Translations under genes and position numbers: made by a program | The notes under the pieces: model-generated | Database searches by the model: none | Seen by the model: the letters and a program-made list of their open reading frames with translations, nothing else | What the model was told of the DNA's origin: nothing | Virus record (IMG/VR): IMGVR_UViG_3300022562_002256 | Coordinates: 32,001-96,000 of that record | Strand: one strand, 5' to 3' | DNA length: 64,000 nt | DNA from: a virus | Part shown: piece after piece, positions 43,131 to 52,374 of the stretch | Numbering within the stretch: the first letter of the stretch is position 1 | Layout: each line of letters opens with the position of its first letter

Positions 43131-44397
43131 CCTGGTGGGGTGTTATCCGGCGTTTGGCGGCAAGCGCGACCCAGCGCCGGAGGTGTGGCGCAGGTTTGGC
43201 CGGGTCAGGCAGTACATCGAGCCCTGTTGCTTTTCGGCGGCGGTCTTGCTGCTCGCTCCCGAGCCAGCGTCGCTCGAGGTGATTGGTGACGTAAACGGAT
43301 TTGTCGCCAATTTCTGGAGGGCGGTCAAGCACCAGCCGGGAGAGGTGGCGCGGTGGGCGGACTACCCCGTGTCGCACATCGACCTTGGGGCGCGGCATGT
43401 GTGGCTCATGGCGCAGCGCGACCGGCTCGGGGCGAGTCTACAGGACCCCGACTGGCCGGGTGATGCCAAGGTCGCCGGTTGGTGGTTGTGGGGTCAGTGC
43501 TGCTGGATCGGGTCCGGGTGGTGCGAGTGGACGGGGGAGGTGCCTCACGTCGCGGATGCTGGGCTCGGCGTGCAAGCGATCGGGAAGGTGCCTCACGTGA
43601 CCGACGGCGGGCAGGGTGTACAGCCTGTACACCCTGCGTCGATGAGCATCCAGGCGCTGGGTAAGATCCCACTGGTGGGCAATGCCGGCCGGGGGATACA
43701 GCCTGTATCCCCCGGCGAGGACGTGGAACAATCCACTGCTGGCTGTGTACAGGCGCTCGGCAAGACACCACTGGTCACCACCGGCAAGGGGGTTCAGGCC
43801 ATGGGGCAGATCCCGTTCCTAAGCACTCCGGGGATGGGTGTGCAGGCCAGCGGCCACGTCACCCATCCCCGGAGTGTCGACAGCATCCAAGCGATGGGCC
43901 AGATCCCGCTCGTTGGCAACGCTGGCAGGGGCGTGCAGCCTGCACGCCCCTCATCCCTTGTGGACGCGGTGCTCGACATCCCGGGCGACTTGCTCACGTC
44001 GGCGGGACGCGTCGCGTGGGTATGGCTTCATCGCCTCGCTGCTCGGCTCGAGCGGGTGCGCGTCATCCACGGCGACTGGACGCGTACGCTCAACCATCAC
44101 TACGGTGGTGACGACACGGCGGTATTCCTCGATCCGCCCTACGAGGGCTACGAGGGGCTGTACCGGGCGGGATCAATCGCACAGGCTATGGCCGAGTGGG
44201 CGCGTGCCAACGCAAACCTAAAGGTCGCGCTTTGTGGCCACGGGGGCGACTACGACATGCCCGGCTGGGACGTGTACAAGTGGAGCCGTAGGCGGAACAC
44301 CTACGGTGGTGCCGGCACGAAGGACGCTGAGTGCATCTGGTTCTCGCCAGCGTGCCTTAAGCCGAGGACGGCGGGAAGGCAGACGAGTCTGTTTTGA
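43117..44397 (+). CDS. Dam-like (D12-class) N6-adenine DNA methyltransferase with internal repeats
   Basis: PAFGGK, YIEP, EVIGDVNG..NFWRAV, VFLDPPY. Confidence 0.88.
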   Translation: MGIDDLVGCYPAFGGKRDPAPEVWRRFGRVRQYIEPCCFSAAVLLLAPEPASLEVIGDVNGFVANFWRAVKHQPGEVARWADYPVSHIDLGARHVWLMAQRDRLGASLQDPDWPGDAKVAGWWLWGQCCWIGSGWCEWTGEVPHVADAGLGVQAIGKVPHVTDGGQGVQPVHPASMSIQALGKIPLVGNAGRGIQPVSPGEDVEQSTAGCVQALGKTPLVTTGKGVQAMGQIPFLSTPGMGVQASGHVTHPRSVDSIQAMGQIPLVGNAGRGVQPARPSSLVDAVLDIPGDLLTSAGRVAWVWLHRLAARLERVRVIHGDWTRTLNHHYGGDDTAVFLDPPYEGYEGLYRAGSIAQAMAEWARANANLKVALCGHGGDYDMPGWDVYKWSRRRNTYGGAGTKDAECIWFSPACLKPRTAGRQTSLF

Positions 44398-44859
44398 TTG
44401 GCGCGCGGTCGAGCACTGGCATGTTGAGCAACACGGTGTTGCCGCAATTCGTGCAGATGAGTGCCACACACGAAAGCGCCATCGCTTTGCCCCCCTGCGG
44501 GATCGTAGCGCCCGTTGAACGCGGCGCGTGCTGCCTCCCAGTCGTGGCCTGCGTACACCAACTCGGCGTGGGCCCGGATGCGGCGGTACGCCTCACGGCT
44601 GCCGAATGGCGCGTCACCGCGCGCGCTGTCCGCCTCGGTGCTGCCGGTGCCGACGGGCCAGCGGTAGACTTCGAGACGGGCGGGGCGGCCGAGCCCCCAG
44701 ACCAGCAGCAGTTGGTGGTGCTGGTGGAAGTTTTCTTGGGCGTAGCCGAACAGCGCGAGGCCGCGGCGACGCCGCCATCGGGTGACGGTGGATGTCATGT
44801 CAACAACGTAACCACCGAGCCATGAGGGGGCAACGGGCACCAGTGCGGGCTTGCGCGTT

Positions 44860-44888
44860 GCGCATGTCGTGCGCATGTTACGCGCATG
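44860..44888 (+). promoter_or_regulatory. Three phased GCGCATG direct repeats (putative operator)
   Basis: Copies start at 44860, 44871 and 44882; the last includes the ATG. Confidence 0.55.
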
Positions 44889-45116
44889 GCAATGAGCAAG
44901 GCCGGTGGCAACTTGGCTCGGGGTCGACCCGCACGTGGTCAGCGCGTGGGCCGCGCGGTGGTCAACCTCACGATGCACCCCGACGACAAGGCGCTGCTAG
45001 GACCACGGGGCAAGCGTGGTCGACGCGTGGCGCTCGCGCTCATGGTGCTACGGATCGCGCCGCCCGACTTGGTGGACCGAGCACGGGTGATGGTAGCGGA
45101 AAGGGATGAGGCATAG
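44886..45116 (+). CDS. Small RHH-like DNA-binding protein, paralog 1
   Basis: VVNLTMHPDD..RVALALMVL; clearly similar to 50122-50316. Confidence 0.6.
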   Translation: MAMSKAGGNLARGRPARGQRVGRAVVNLTMHPDDKALLGPRGKRGRRVALALMVLRIAPPDLVDRARVMVAERDEA

Positions 45117-45119
45117 GCC

Positions 45120-45491
45120 ATGGCTGACGACGCCGGTCACGATCAGATCGTCGACGAAACATTGGCCGAACTGGGGCTGACTCGAACGGTGGTCGAGCCC
45201 GAAGTCGAGTTCCCCATCGAGCACGCCTGCCCTGGCCCGTTCTGCCCGCACAACCACTTCACGGTCGACAAATTCGCTCGTAAAGTCCTCTGTGGCCTTT
45301 GCGGCGTCGCGCTTGACCCGATCGACGTGCTCTTTGAGCTTTCGCTCAATCCGACATGGATCAAGCAGGCGTACGTCGAGCGTCGGCGCGTCGATGAAGA
45401 GGTGAGGGCGCTCCGTGTTGAAGTGTCCAAACTGCGGGCGGCGAGGCGTGCCGTTCTCAACAAGTCCAAACCTCCCCAAGGCGCACCATGA
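45120..45491 (+). CDS. Zn-ribbon plus coiled-coil protein
   Basis: CPHNHF..VLCGLCG..LDPIDVL; C-terminal heptads. Confidence 0.7.
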   Translation: MADDAGHDQIVDETLAELGLTRTVVEPEVEFPIEHACPGPFCPHNHFTVDKFARKVLCGLCGVALDPIDVLFELSLNPTWIKQAYVERRRVDEEVRALRVEVSKLRAARRAVLNKSKPPQGAP

Positions 45492-45555
45492 CCGAGGAAA
45501 GACCGCTTAGCCGCGGCGAGCTCCTTGACGTCGCGTTGGGCGGACGGCATATCTG

Positions 45556-46608
45556 ATGGACACGCTTCGTCAAGACATGCGTCTGCCTCAGCTTCTAGCG
45601 GAGAAGGCGGCGATGTTTGCGGCGTTGCGCAGGGAGGCAGGCATCGCGGCCAAAGCGCCTGTGATCCATGTCACCCGCCGAGCGCCGGTCGCGCCGACGC
45701 CGCTCCGCCAGGTTGTACGTCCGCACTTGGCCTCGGCGACCACCAACGTGGGGGAGTGCCGGTCGCCGAGGCCCGTGTCGCGTGCGGACCTACCTGCGAC
45801 CTACCGTGACGTGACTACGGCCATGATTCGGATGGCGCAGGCGGGTGACACCGTGATGGCGGGGGCGATTGTGCGGGCGAACGAGATGCTGATCTCGCGG
45901 GGGTGTGGAATCTACATACGAAAAAATCCTCACCTACGCGATGACATCCTGCAAGCTGGTCGAATGGGCTTCCTCCATGGAATTGTCAAGTTCGACACCG
46001 ACCGCGGGTATGAGTTGTCCACCTACGCGCTGCCGTGGGTGCGTAGCTACGCGCAGCGGCATGTATTGAACGAGGGGCGCACCATCCGGGTGCCGGTGTA
46101 TGCTCAGGGACTTGTTTCCCAGGCGCTCAACGCGGGGGCGACGACAGTCGATGATGTTCGCGAGATGAAGGGACAGTTCGCAGTGGACGCGTGGTCGCTC
46201 ATGCGCGGCTCTGTCAGCACCGAGGCGGCTCTGAGGTGCGACGGTCATGAGGATGATAACGTGCTCGGTGGAACGCTGGCCGACCCGGATGCGGTGGACC
46301 CCGAGCAGGCGGCGTTGAGTGGGGCGGACCGCGAGCGGGTGCGCAAGGCACTCAACGCCCTACCCGCCCGCGACCGCGAGGTGCTCGAGCTGAAGTACTT
46401 TGGAGGCGACCCATCCGCGGGCGTGCCAGCCGACCCTACGCTCGAGGAGATCGGTGAGCTGTATGGGCTCGGCCGGGAGCGGATCCGGCAGATTATCGCG
46501 GGTGCGCACGCAAAAATGGCAACCATGCTGCGGCGGCTTGACCGCGGCGAAACGTTGCCTCCGCCACAGGCTGAGGACAAGCGCCACCGCCGTGTGCGAC
46601 GAAGGTAA
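45556..46608 (+). CDS. sigma70-family RNA polymerase sigma factor, copy 1
   Basis: DDILQAGRMG..KFDTDRGYELSTYALPWVR (region 2), RTIRVP, and region 4 LPARDREVLELKY..TLEEIG..LGRERIRQI. Confidence 0.93.
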   Translation: MDTLRQDMRLPQLLAEKAAMFAALRREAGIAAKAPVIHVTRRAPVAPTPLRQVVRPHLASATTNVGECRSPRPVSRADLPATYRDVTTAMIRMAQAGDTVMAGAIVRANEMLISRGCGIYIRKNPHLRDDILQAGRMGFLHGIVKFDTDRGYELSTYALPWVRSYAQRHVLNEGRTIRVPVYAQGLVSQALNAGATTVDDVREMKGQFAVDAWSLMRGSVSTEAALRCDGHEDDNVLGGTLADPDAVDPEQAALSGADRERVRKALNALPARDREVLELKYFGGDPSAGVPADPTLEEIGELYGLGRERIRQIIAGAHAKMATMLRRLDRGETLPPPQAEDKRHRRVRRR

Positions 46609-46627
46609 CCACACGAGAGGACTGGGC

Positions 46628-48085
46628 ATGATTACATTCAAGACCGACGCACAACGAGTACCGCGCGTGTTAGTCCCCAGACCATACCAAGAGAAGGCCA
46701 TCGCAGCGTGCATCGACTTCGCGCTCGACCACCACGATGGAGGCTCAATCCTCATATCATGCCCCCCGGGTGGCGGGAAAACGGTGATCGCCGCCTTCGT
46801 GTTGAGGATCCTCGCTGCCGACCAAGGGCTTCGGGGGCTCGCATGGGCGCACAGGCGGGAAATCGTGTTCCAGATCTACGATCACCTGATCGCATGCGGC
46901 GTGCCGCGCGATCTGCTCGGGGTCATCGTGTCGGGCGACGCCGGGCACGAAGAAGACGATGAGTCTCGGCCGGCGCGTCGCGTGGATCCCGCCGCCCTGA
47001 TCCAGGTAGGGACGATCCAGATGATCACCCGGCGACGCCCACCCGCTGACGTCGTATGGTCGGACGAGGCGCACCTTGACGCTGCTGAAGGGCGCAAGCG
47101 GCTCCGCCGCGCTTATCCGACAGCCGTTCACATAGGGACCACGGGCAGCCCTTGTCGTCTTGACGGACGCGGGCTGAGGTTTGAGTACGACTCCTTGCTC
47201 CAGGTGTCATCCCCGGCAGAGCTCATCGCCCTTGGGTACTTGGCCGAGCCGCGGGTATGGACCGTCCCGCCTGAGCTGCTCCCGGATCTTCGAAGGGTTC
47301 GCAAGACATGCGGCGACTATGCGCCTGGGGAGCTAAGCGATGCCGCGAACCGTCGACCCATCATCGGTGGCATCGTTGAACATTGGAAGCGCCACGCCGA
47401 CGGTCTGAGGACGTTCGCCTTCGCTGTCACGATCGCGCACAGCCGTCACATCACCAAGGCGTTCAAAGAGGCCAACGTCCCCTGGGAGCACGTCGATGGT
47501 GGTACGCCTCTTGCGACGCGCCGTCAGATCCTTGACCGCGTGACCACCGGCGACCTAATGGGCGTGTCCTGCGCGGAGTTGTTGACTGCCGGCGTCGACC
47601 GTCCCCCGATCAAGTGCGTGATCCAGGCGCGGCCGACGCTCTCCCTGGTCCTACATCTTCAGCAGACGGGGCGGTGCATGCGTCCGTGGAACGGGGCCAC
47701 GCCAGTCATCCTCGACCACGCCGGCAACAACGTCCAGCACGGGCTACCCCAAGACGAACGGGATTGGGAGGCCGTGTTTGAGGGCAGCAACGCGCGTCAA
47801 GGCCCGTCTGGGGCGCGCCCGCGCCCACGGGCATGCGGGGCGTGCTACGTGGTCATCACACCGGAACTGACCGCTTGTCCGAGCTGCGGCATGAACGTGC
47901 CCCCGACTCCTCTGCTCGCTCCTCTGGCGCCGGAACGCGATGGGGCGTTGGTCGAACTGAAGTTCCCAGCGGAAAACCGCGCCGACCATTGGCTGATCAT
48001 CCAACACGTCGCCAAGGACATCGGGGCATCGCCTGCATGGGCTGCCGACGTCTACAAGCGCCGCTATGGGGTGCTCCCTCCATGA
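46628..48085 (+). CDS. SF2 (DExH) helicase with C-terminal Zn finger
   Basis: PRPYQ, PPGGGKT, DEAH, GTTGSP, QQTGRCMR, ILDHAGN, CGAC..CPSCG. Confidence 0.92.
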   Translation: MITFKTDAQRVPRVLVPRPYQEKAIAACIDFALDHHDGGSILISCPPGGGKTVIAAFVLRILAADQGLRGLAWAHRREIVFQIYDHLIACGVPRDLLGVIVSGDAGHEEDDESRPARRVDPAALIQVGTIQMITRRRPPADVVWSDEAHLDAAEGRKRLRRAYPTAVHIGTTGSPCRLDGRGLRFEYDSLLQVSSPAELIALGYLAEPRVWTVPPELLPDLRRVRKTCGDYAPGELSDAANRRPIIGGIVEHWKRHADGLRTFAFAVTIAHSRHITKAFKEANVPWEHVDGGTPLATRRQILDRVTTGDLMGVSCAELLTAGVDRPPIKCVIQARPTLSLVLHLQQTGRCMRPWNGATPVILDHAGNNVQHGLPQDERDWEAVFEGSNARQGPSGARPRPRACGACYVVITPELTACPSCGMNVPPTPLLAPLAPERDGALVELKFPAENRADHWLIIQHVAKDIGASPAWAADVYKRRYGVLPP

Positions 48086-49053
48086 ACAGGCTCAGTCTTG
48101 AACGCAGAGCGGCCGTCCTGCAAGCCTTCACCCGCCATCCCATCCGCGCGGTGGCTGTGGTTGCTGGCGCCGATACGACGACGTGCCTGTCCACCCTGAG
48201 ACTTCTTGCTACCGTGGTGGCGTCTTGGCAGATTGGGTTGTTCGGCATAGTGGTCGAACAAGCTCGCTGTTACATAGGTCGTGTCAAGCTCGGGGCCGGG
48301 GTGGTAGGCTGTGTCTTGATCGACGACTCTACGCGCCTGATCGTCGGGTACGGAGTGGGAACGTCCGTAGAAACCGCCGAATCCGATGCGCTCGCAATGG
48401 CGTCGGTTACTACCCGGCGGATCGAACTTCTGGGCCGTGCGCCATGGGACTTCCCCCTTCCGCGATCGAATAAGCGCCCTCGCGCCGACGTGGCTGGCGC
48501 CAAGACCGCATTCGTTCTCCTGTTGACCGCATGGAATCTCTTGATTGATCACGACGGTTCTTCTCCGGCCTATCGCGCGGGGCTACAGCCGTGCTCTTGG
48601 ACGGCCATCCAACTTGTCGCCGAGGCGACCGGCGAGAAGGCCGAGAGCGCCAACGTGGAAACTCCTCCCCCTTCTCCGCCCACTCCGCATCCTCGCCCCA
48701 TGTCCGTCGAAGAGCGAGAAGCGCGCTGGCTTGGTCAACGGTATGCGCTTCTCGTCGTTGTCGCCCGGGTGCTCAAGGGCACCGCAACATCGCTGCGCCT
48801 GGTGCGGTGCGACTGTGGCGGCTTCAGGGTCTGCAATCTGACGCATCTTCGTTCGGGAGCGACGACGAGCTGTGGCTGTCGTCGCTTGGTTCCGCTGTTT
48901 GGGAGCCGTGTTCCCGCGGTCGTCCGCGCCCTGGGCTATGACTTGTCCATCGGCCAGCTTGCGGCTCTCGCTGGGATGACCCCAACGCAACTTATGGCCC
49001 GGATCGCGCGGGGCATGGACCCGGAAGCGGCGGCCTCGCTCGGGGTCACCTAG
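48082..49053 (+). CDS. Chimera of a degenerate IS1-like transposase domain and homing-endonuclease-type DNA-binding modules
   Basis: MNRLSLERRAAVL, IDDSTRLIVGYGVG, WN..SPAYRAGL..W; then GQRYALLVV..RCDCG..LRSGATTSCGC and an HTH ending RIARGMDPEAA. Confidence 0.5.
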   Translation: MNRLSLERRAAVLQAFTRHPIRAVAVVAGADTTTCLSTLRLLATVVASWQIGLFGIVVEQARCYIGRVKLGAGVVGCVLIDDSTRLIVGYGVGTSVETAESDALAMASVTTRRIELLGRAPWDFPLPRSNKRPRADVAGAKTAFVLLLTAWNLLIDHDGSSPAYRAGLQPCSWTAIQLVAEATGEKAESANVETPPPSPPTPHPRPMSVEEREARWLGQRYALLVVVARVLKGTATSLRLVRCDCGGFRVCNLTHLRSGATTSCGCRRLVPLFGSRVPAVVRALGYDLSIGQLAALAGMTPTQLMARIARGMDPEAAASLGVT

Positions 49054-49073
49054 AGCGGCTTCAGCGTCACCGG

Positions 49074-49949
49074 ATGGCAAAGCAAGGGTGTTTTTACCAG
49101 GAGGACACAGTGATCGAATTTCAGGACGACTTCGTGGCGACGCAGGACATCGGAGGGGCCGCGCTCTTCCGAGTCACCTACGTGAGTGAGGAGACGGCAC
49201 GCAAGGCTGCAGCGGAGGCCGAGCCGGCGCCGGTCACGTCGTTCGATGCCCGGAAGTGGTTCGGCGATCGTGAGCAGCCGAAGAGCGGCGGTTCAACCTT
49301 CTGGGATGAGCCCATGAGCGGGCGGGGCACCCCATGGGAGGCGTACTTCCGCTCGGTCGCCGACGGCATCGAGACGGGCGTCATGGCGGTATGCCCGCCA
49401 TCCGGTCCGAGTAACCGCTATGAGATTCAGGATGTGTGTCGTACGCTCCTTGACGCAGCCGACGAAGGGGTCAGCGACATCGCCGCCGCCGAGCGCGTGG
49501 TCGCGACGTTGCCTCGGTGGCTGTCCACGGACATGAGCGTGGGGCTGCTGTCCCTCGAGCGCGTGGCACCACCGCCCCCACACGACACGCGGTGGGCACG
49601 TCGCCTCGCGCAATATGCCAACAACACCGATCCCGGCCGGGCCGAGCCCATCCGCAACGCGCTCAGGTGGGGCGTGCGGTCGCTGCACGAGGCCATGTTG
49701 GTGCTGATCGCGCAGGGCGCCCCGCCGACCACGTGCGGCAACCTCGTCGGACGCGTGCTGTTCGACGAGGAGCCAGTCGACGGCGGCGAAACCGATGGCG
49801 ACTCCGGGGCCACCGGCGGTGTGGCGACCCGGTGCCCGACGTGCGGCTCACCCGATTCTGCGCGGGACCGCCGCGTGCTGCTGAACTACGCGGGCGATGC
49901 CCAGCAGTGCCCCGACCCGTGGCACTCGGCGGCGGCGGACACGGCATAG
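49074..49949 (+). CDS. Hypothetical protein
   Basis: 291 aa; C-terminal CPTCGSP..CPDPWH. Confidence 0.6.
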   Translation: MAKQGCFYQEDTVIEFQDDFVATQDIGGAALFRVTYVSEETARKAAAEAEPAPVTSFDARKWFGDREQPKSGGSTFWDEPMSGRGTPWEAYFRSVADGIETGVMAVCPPSGPSNRYEIQDVCRTLLDAADEGVSDIAAAERVVATLPRWLSTDMSVGLLSLERVAPPPPHDTRWARRLAQYANNTDPGRAEPIRNALRWGVRSLHEAMLVLIAQGAPPTTCGNLVGRVLFDEEPVDGGETDGDSGATGGVATRCPTCGSPDSARDRRVLLNYAGDAQQCPDPWHSAAADTA

Positions 49950-50086
49950 CGTACGTAAGCCGACCAGGCGCGCCCGCCGACGTCCGACGCGCCATAGGGG
50001 GCGACTCAACCGCTGCGCACCGACGTGTTATGTGTAAGCGTTTTGCTGTCAAAATGACTACACCGTGTGCGCTCTGTGCGCAAGAC

Positions 50087-50114
50087 TTGCTGTTTCATGG
50101 TTGTGGGTTATACT
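50087..50114 (+). promoter_or_regulatory. sigma70-type promoter of the replication operon
   Basis: TTGCTG-16-TATACT, 7 nt before ATG. Confidence 0.55.
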
Positions 50115-50121
50115 CACCGCC

Positions 50122-50316
50122 ATGACCCAGACACAGCCTCCGTCCTCAAAAAAGGTGATGGTTTGCCTGACGTTGCACCCCGATGACTACAAGCGACTCG
50201 GGATCAAAGGGCGACAGAGTAGGATGGTGGCACTCGCGCTGGCGGTGCTCGAACTCGCCCCAGAGCAGCTCATCGACAAGGCGCGCGCCATCGTCGCCAA
50301 GCGAGACCTCGCATGA
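50122..50316 (+). CDS. Small RHH-like DNA-binding protein, paralog 2
   Basis: VMVCLTLHPDD..RMVALALAVL. Confidence 0.6.
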   Translation: MTQTQPPSSKKVMVCLTLHPDDYKRLGIKGRQSRMVALALAVLELAPEQLIDKARAIVAKRDLA

Positions 50317-50909
50317 GCGGCCATGGCACCAGCATGCCATGGCGCAAGTTGGCCAGGTTCGAAGAAGGCCAGTTGTGGGGTGCCCCGTTTTTTACGCGTG
50401 CGGTGGCCTCTGCTCTAATCAAGGTGTGCAACGATGCTGGTCGCATTCCCGTGGGGACAGCGGGCAACATCATGAACGTGCTGACATGCCGATGTCGTGT
50501 TGAGCGGGGCGAGGAGCGGTCGTTCGAGAAGCACGTGCAACGGCTGTTTTCCGCCGGCTATTTGTCGTTAGACGACGACGGATGGGTCACCATTCACGGC
50601 TTCATCCCGGACGACCACCCCCCGGTGACCAACCACCCCGCCTCGCTCGTGTATTTCATCACAGCAGGCGGGGATGCACCGATCAAAATCGGCTGCTCAA
50701 CCAACGTTTTCGGACGGCTGGCTACCTTGCAAACCGCTAGCCCGGCCCCACTCGGGGTGGTGTGCACACTGCCTGGTGACAGAACGACAGAAGCGACGTT
50801 GCACCGGCGGTTTAAGGACTACCGTCTCAAGGGTGAGTGGTTCAGCCCGGCGCCACCCATTCTCGACTACATCCGCGAGGTGCAGTCGTCGCGTCCGGTG
50901 GGGTGGTGA
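50313..50909 (+). CDS. T5orf172 (GIY-YIG-like) domain protein
   Basis: VYFI..PIKIGCS..RLATLQTASP..EATLHRRFKDYRLKGEWF. Confidence 0.88.
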   Translation: MSGHGTSMPWRKLARFEEGQLWGAPFFTRAVASALIKVCNDAGRIPVGTAGNIMNVLTCRCRVERGEERSFEKHVQRLFSAGYLSLDDDGWVTIHGFIPDDHPPVTNHPASLVYFITAGGDAPIKIGCSTNVFGRLATLQTASPAPLGVVCTLPGDRTTEATLHRRFKDYRLKGEWFSPAPPILDYIREVQSSRPVGW

Positions 50910-50910
50910 C

Positions 50911-52374
50911 ATGGTGTGGGTCCGGTTCCACGAGGAGATCACCATGGGCACCAAGCGAGGCATCCCGCGCGCGCAGCGGTTCGTGCTGATGGAGCTCTCC
51001 CTCAAGGCTCGTCGCCTCGGAGGTCGTGTCGAGCTGCCCTCCGGCATGTCCTACATCGACGCCGTGCATGACCTGCTCGGCGGCAACCGAAAAGAGATCG
51101 CTGATGCGCTGGCGACGTTCGGTGCGGAGGTCGAGCCGGTCATCACGTTCGCCACCGAGGGGACGCGACGGTACTTGGTCCTCACGTCGTGGCAGAAATG
51201 GAACCCCGGCGGGGAGGCCCCGGGAGCCAGCACCGAGCGAAGCCGTCGCAGCCGCGAGGCGATGCGCGCGGCTGCAACGGTCGAGCAACGGTCGAGCGAC
51301 GGTCGAGCAACGGTCGACGCATCGCCCCCGCCTCCCGCGTTGCCTAGCCGTTGCGACGAGCCTGCAACGGTCTCTAGACGGAGAGAGAGAGGAAGAGCAG
51401 AGGGAGATCCAGATGGAGAAGCGCTGAAGACCAGTACCGTTGATCCCCCCGTTGCGCGCGTGGACCGCCATAAATCGCGCGCGCGTGATATAAAGGACTC
51501 TTCCGCCCCCTCGCCGACGAGCGAGCAGCCCGTCGCGGCGGCGGAGGACCATCCGGTCGTTGCAGCCCACCCCTCGCAGCCCGGAGCGCCGCCAGTCGCC
51601 GAGCGGCTCGCGCCTCCCCCAGCCGCACCGGCTGCGCCCCCCGAGCCGTGCCCTGGGTTGCCGGCCATCGCGGACGCGGAGTTCCTCGCTGGGTTGTTCC
51701 GGTCGGTGCCGGCGTTGTCGCGGCTTGCTGGCCGTGAGCGCGAGTTGGATGGCATCGCGGGGCGGTGCGCGACCGGGGCGGTGACGTGCGAGCTCGTCCG
51801 GGGGGCGTTCGACGAGTTCTGTGACGCCCACGCCCATGAGCTCGCGTCGATGGACGAGTCGGCGGTGTTTTCCAAGTTCAACCGCTTCGTCATGCAGGCC
51901 AGGAAGAACGCTCGGCGAGGCGATGGGCGTTTGCCGGCGCAGGAAGGCGGCAAGGCGGCGGTTTCGTTGCCGGGGGTAGGTAGGGTGCCAGGACCAGACG
52001 GTGCGGCCGTTTGCGCCTACGCCGAGGGGCAGGAACGGGCAAGCGGGAAGCCGTACCCCCGGGTGCAGGGCGACAGGCGGGAGCGCGAGGCGTTGGCGGT
52101 CGCCATCGATACGTTCGGGCCTGGTCCGGATGTGTCGGACGAAGCGAAGTGTGAGTGGATTCGGGAGACCAGCGCGGCGTACCGGGCGGCGCAGCCCGAT
52201 CCGACCTACGAGAAGGGCTACAACCCGAGCGCGTTTTTGCGGTGGCTTCAAGGGGGGCAGCCGTCGGCGCTGGCGGCTCTTCGGCGTCGGCAGGGCTTGC
52301 CGATGACGTTGGACGATGAGAGGCTGGCGCGCGGCGAACGGCTTCACTGGATGCCAGCGGAGGGGTCGGCGTGA
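50911..52374 (+). CDS. Phage replication initiator (replisome organiser)
   Basis: WVRF N-terminus, SWQKWN..STERSRRSRE; lies upstream of the loader and DnaB; contains iterons. Confidence 0.7.
   Translation: MVWVRFHEEITMGTKRGIPRAQRFVLMELSLKARRLGGRVELPSGMSYIDAVHDLLGGNRKEIADALATFGAEVEPVITFATEGTRRYLVLTSWQKWNPGGEAPGASTERSRRSREAMRAAATVEQRSSDGRATVDASPPPPALPSRCDEPATVSRRRERGRAEGDPDGEALKTSTVDPPVARVDRHKSRARDIKDSSAPSPTSEQPVAAAEDHPVVAAHPSQPGAPPVAERLAPPPAAPAAPPEPCPGLPAIADAEFLAGLFRSVPALSRLAGRERELDGIAGRCATGAVTCELVRGAFDEFCDAHAHELASMDESAVFSKFNRFVMQARKNARRGDGRLPAQEGGKAAVSLPGVGRVPGPDGAAVCAYAEGQERASGKPYPRVQGDRREREALAVAIDTFGPGPDVSDEAKCEWIRETSAAYRAAQPDPTYEKGYNPSAFLRWLQGGQPSALAALRRRQGLPMTLDDERLARGERLHWMPAEGSA
51274..51317 (+). 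repeat. Four tandem 11-bp iterons (putative origin)
   Basis: GCAACGGTCGA, GCAACGGTCGA, GCGACGGTCGA, GCAACGGTCGA. Confidence 0.7.
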
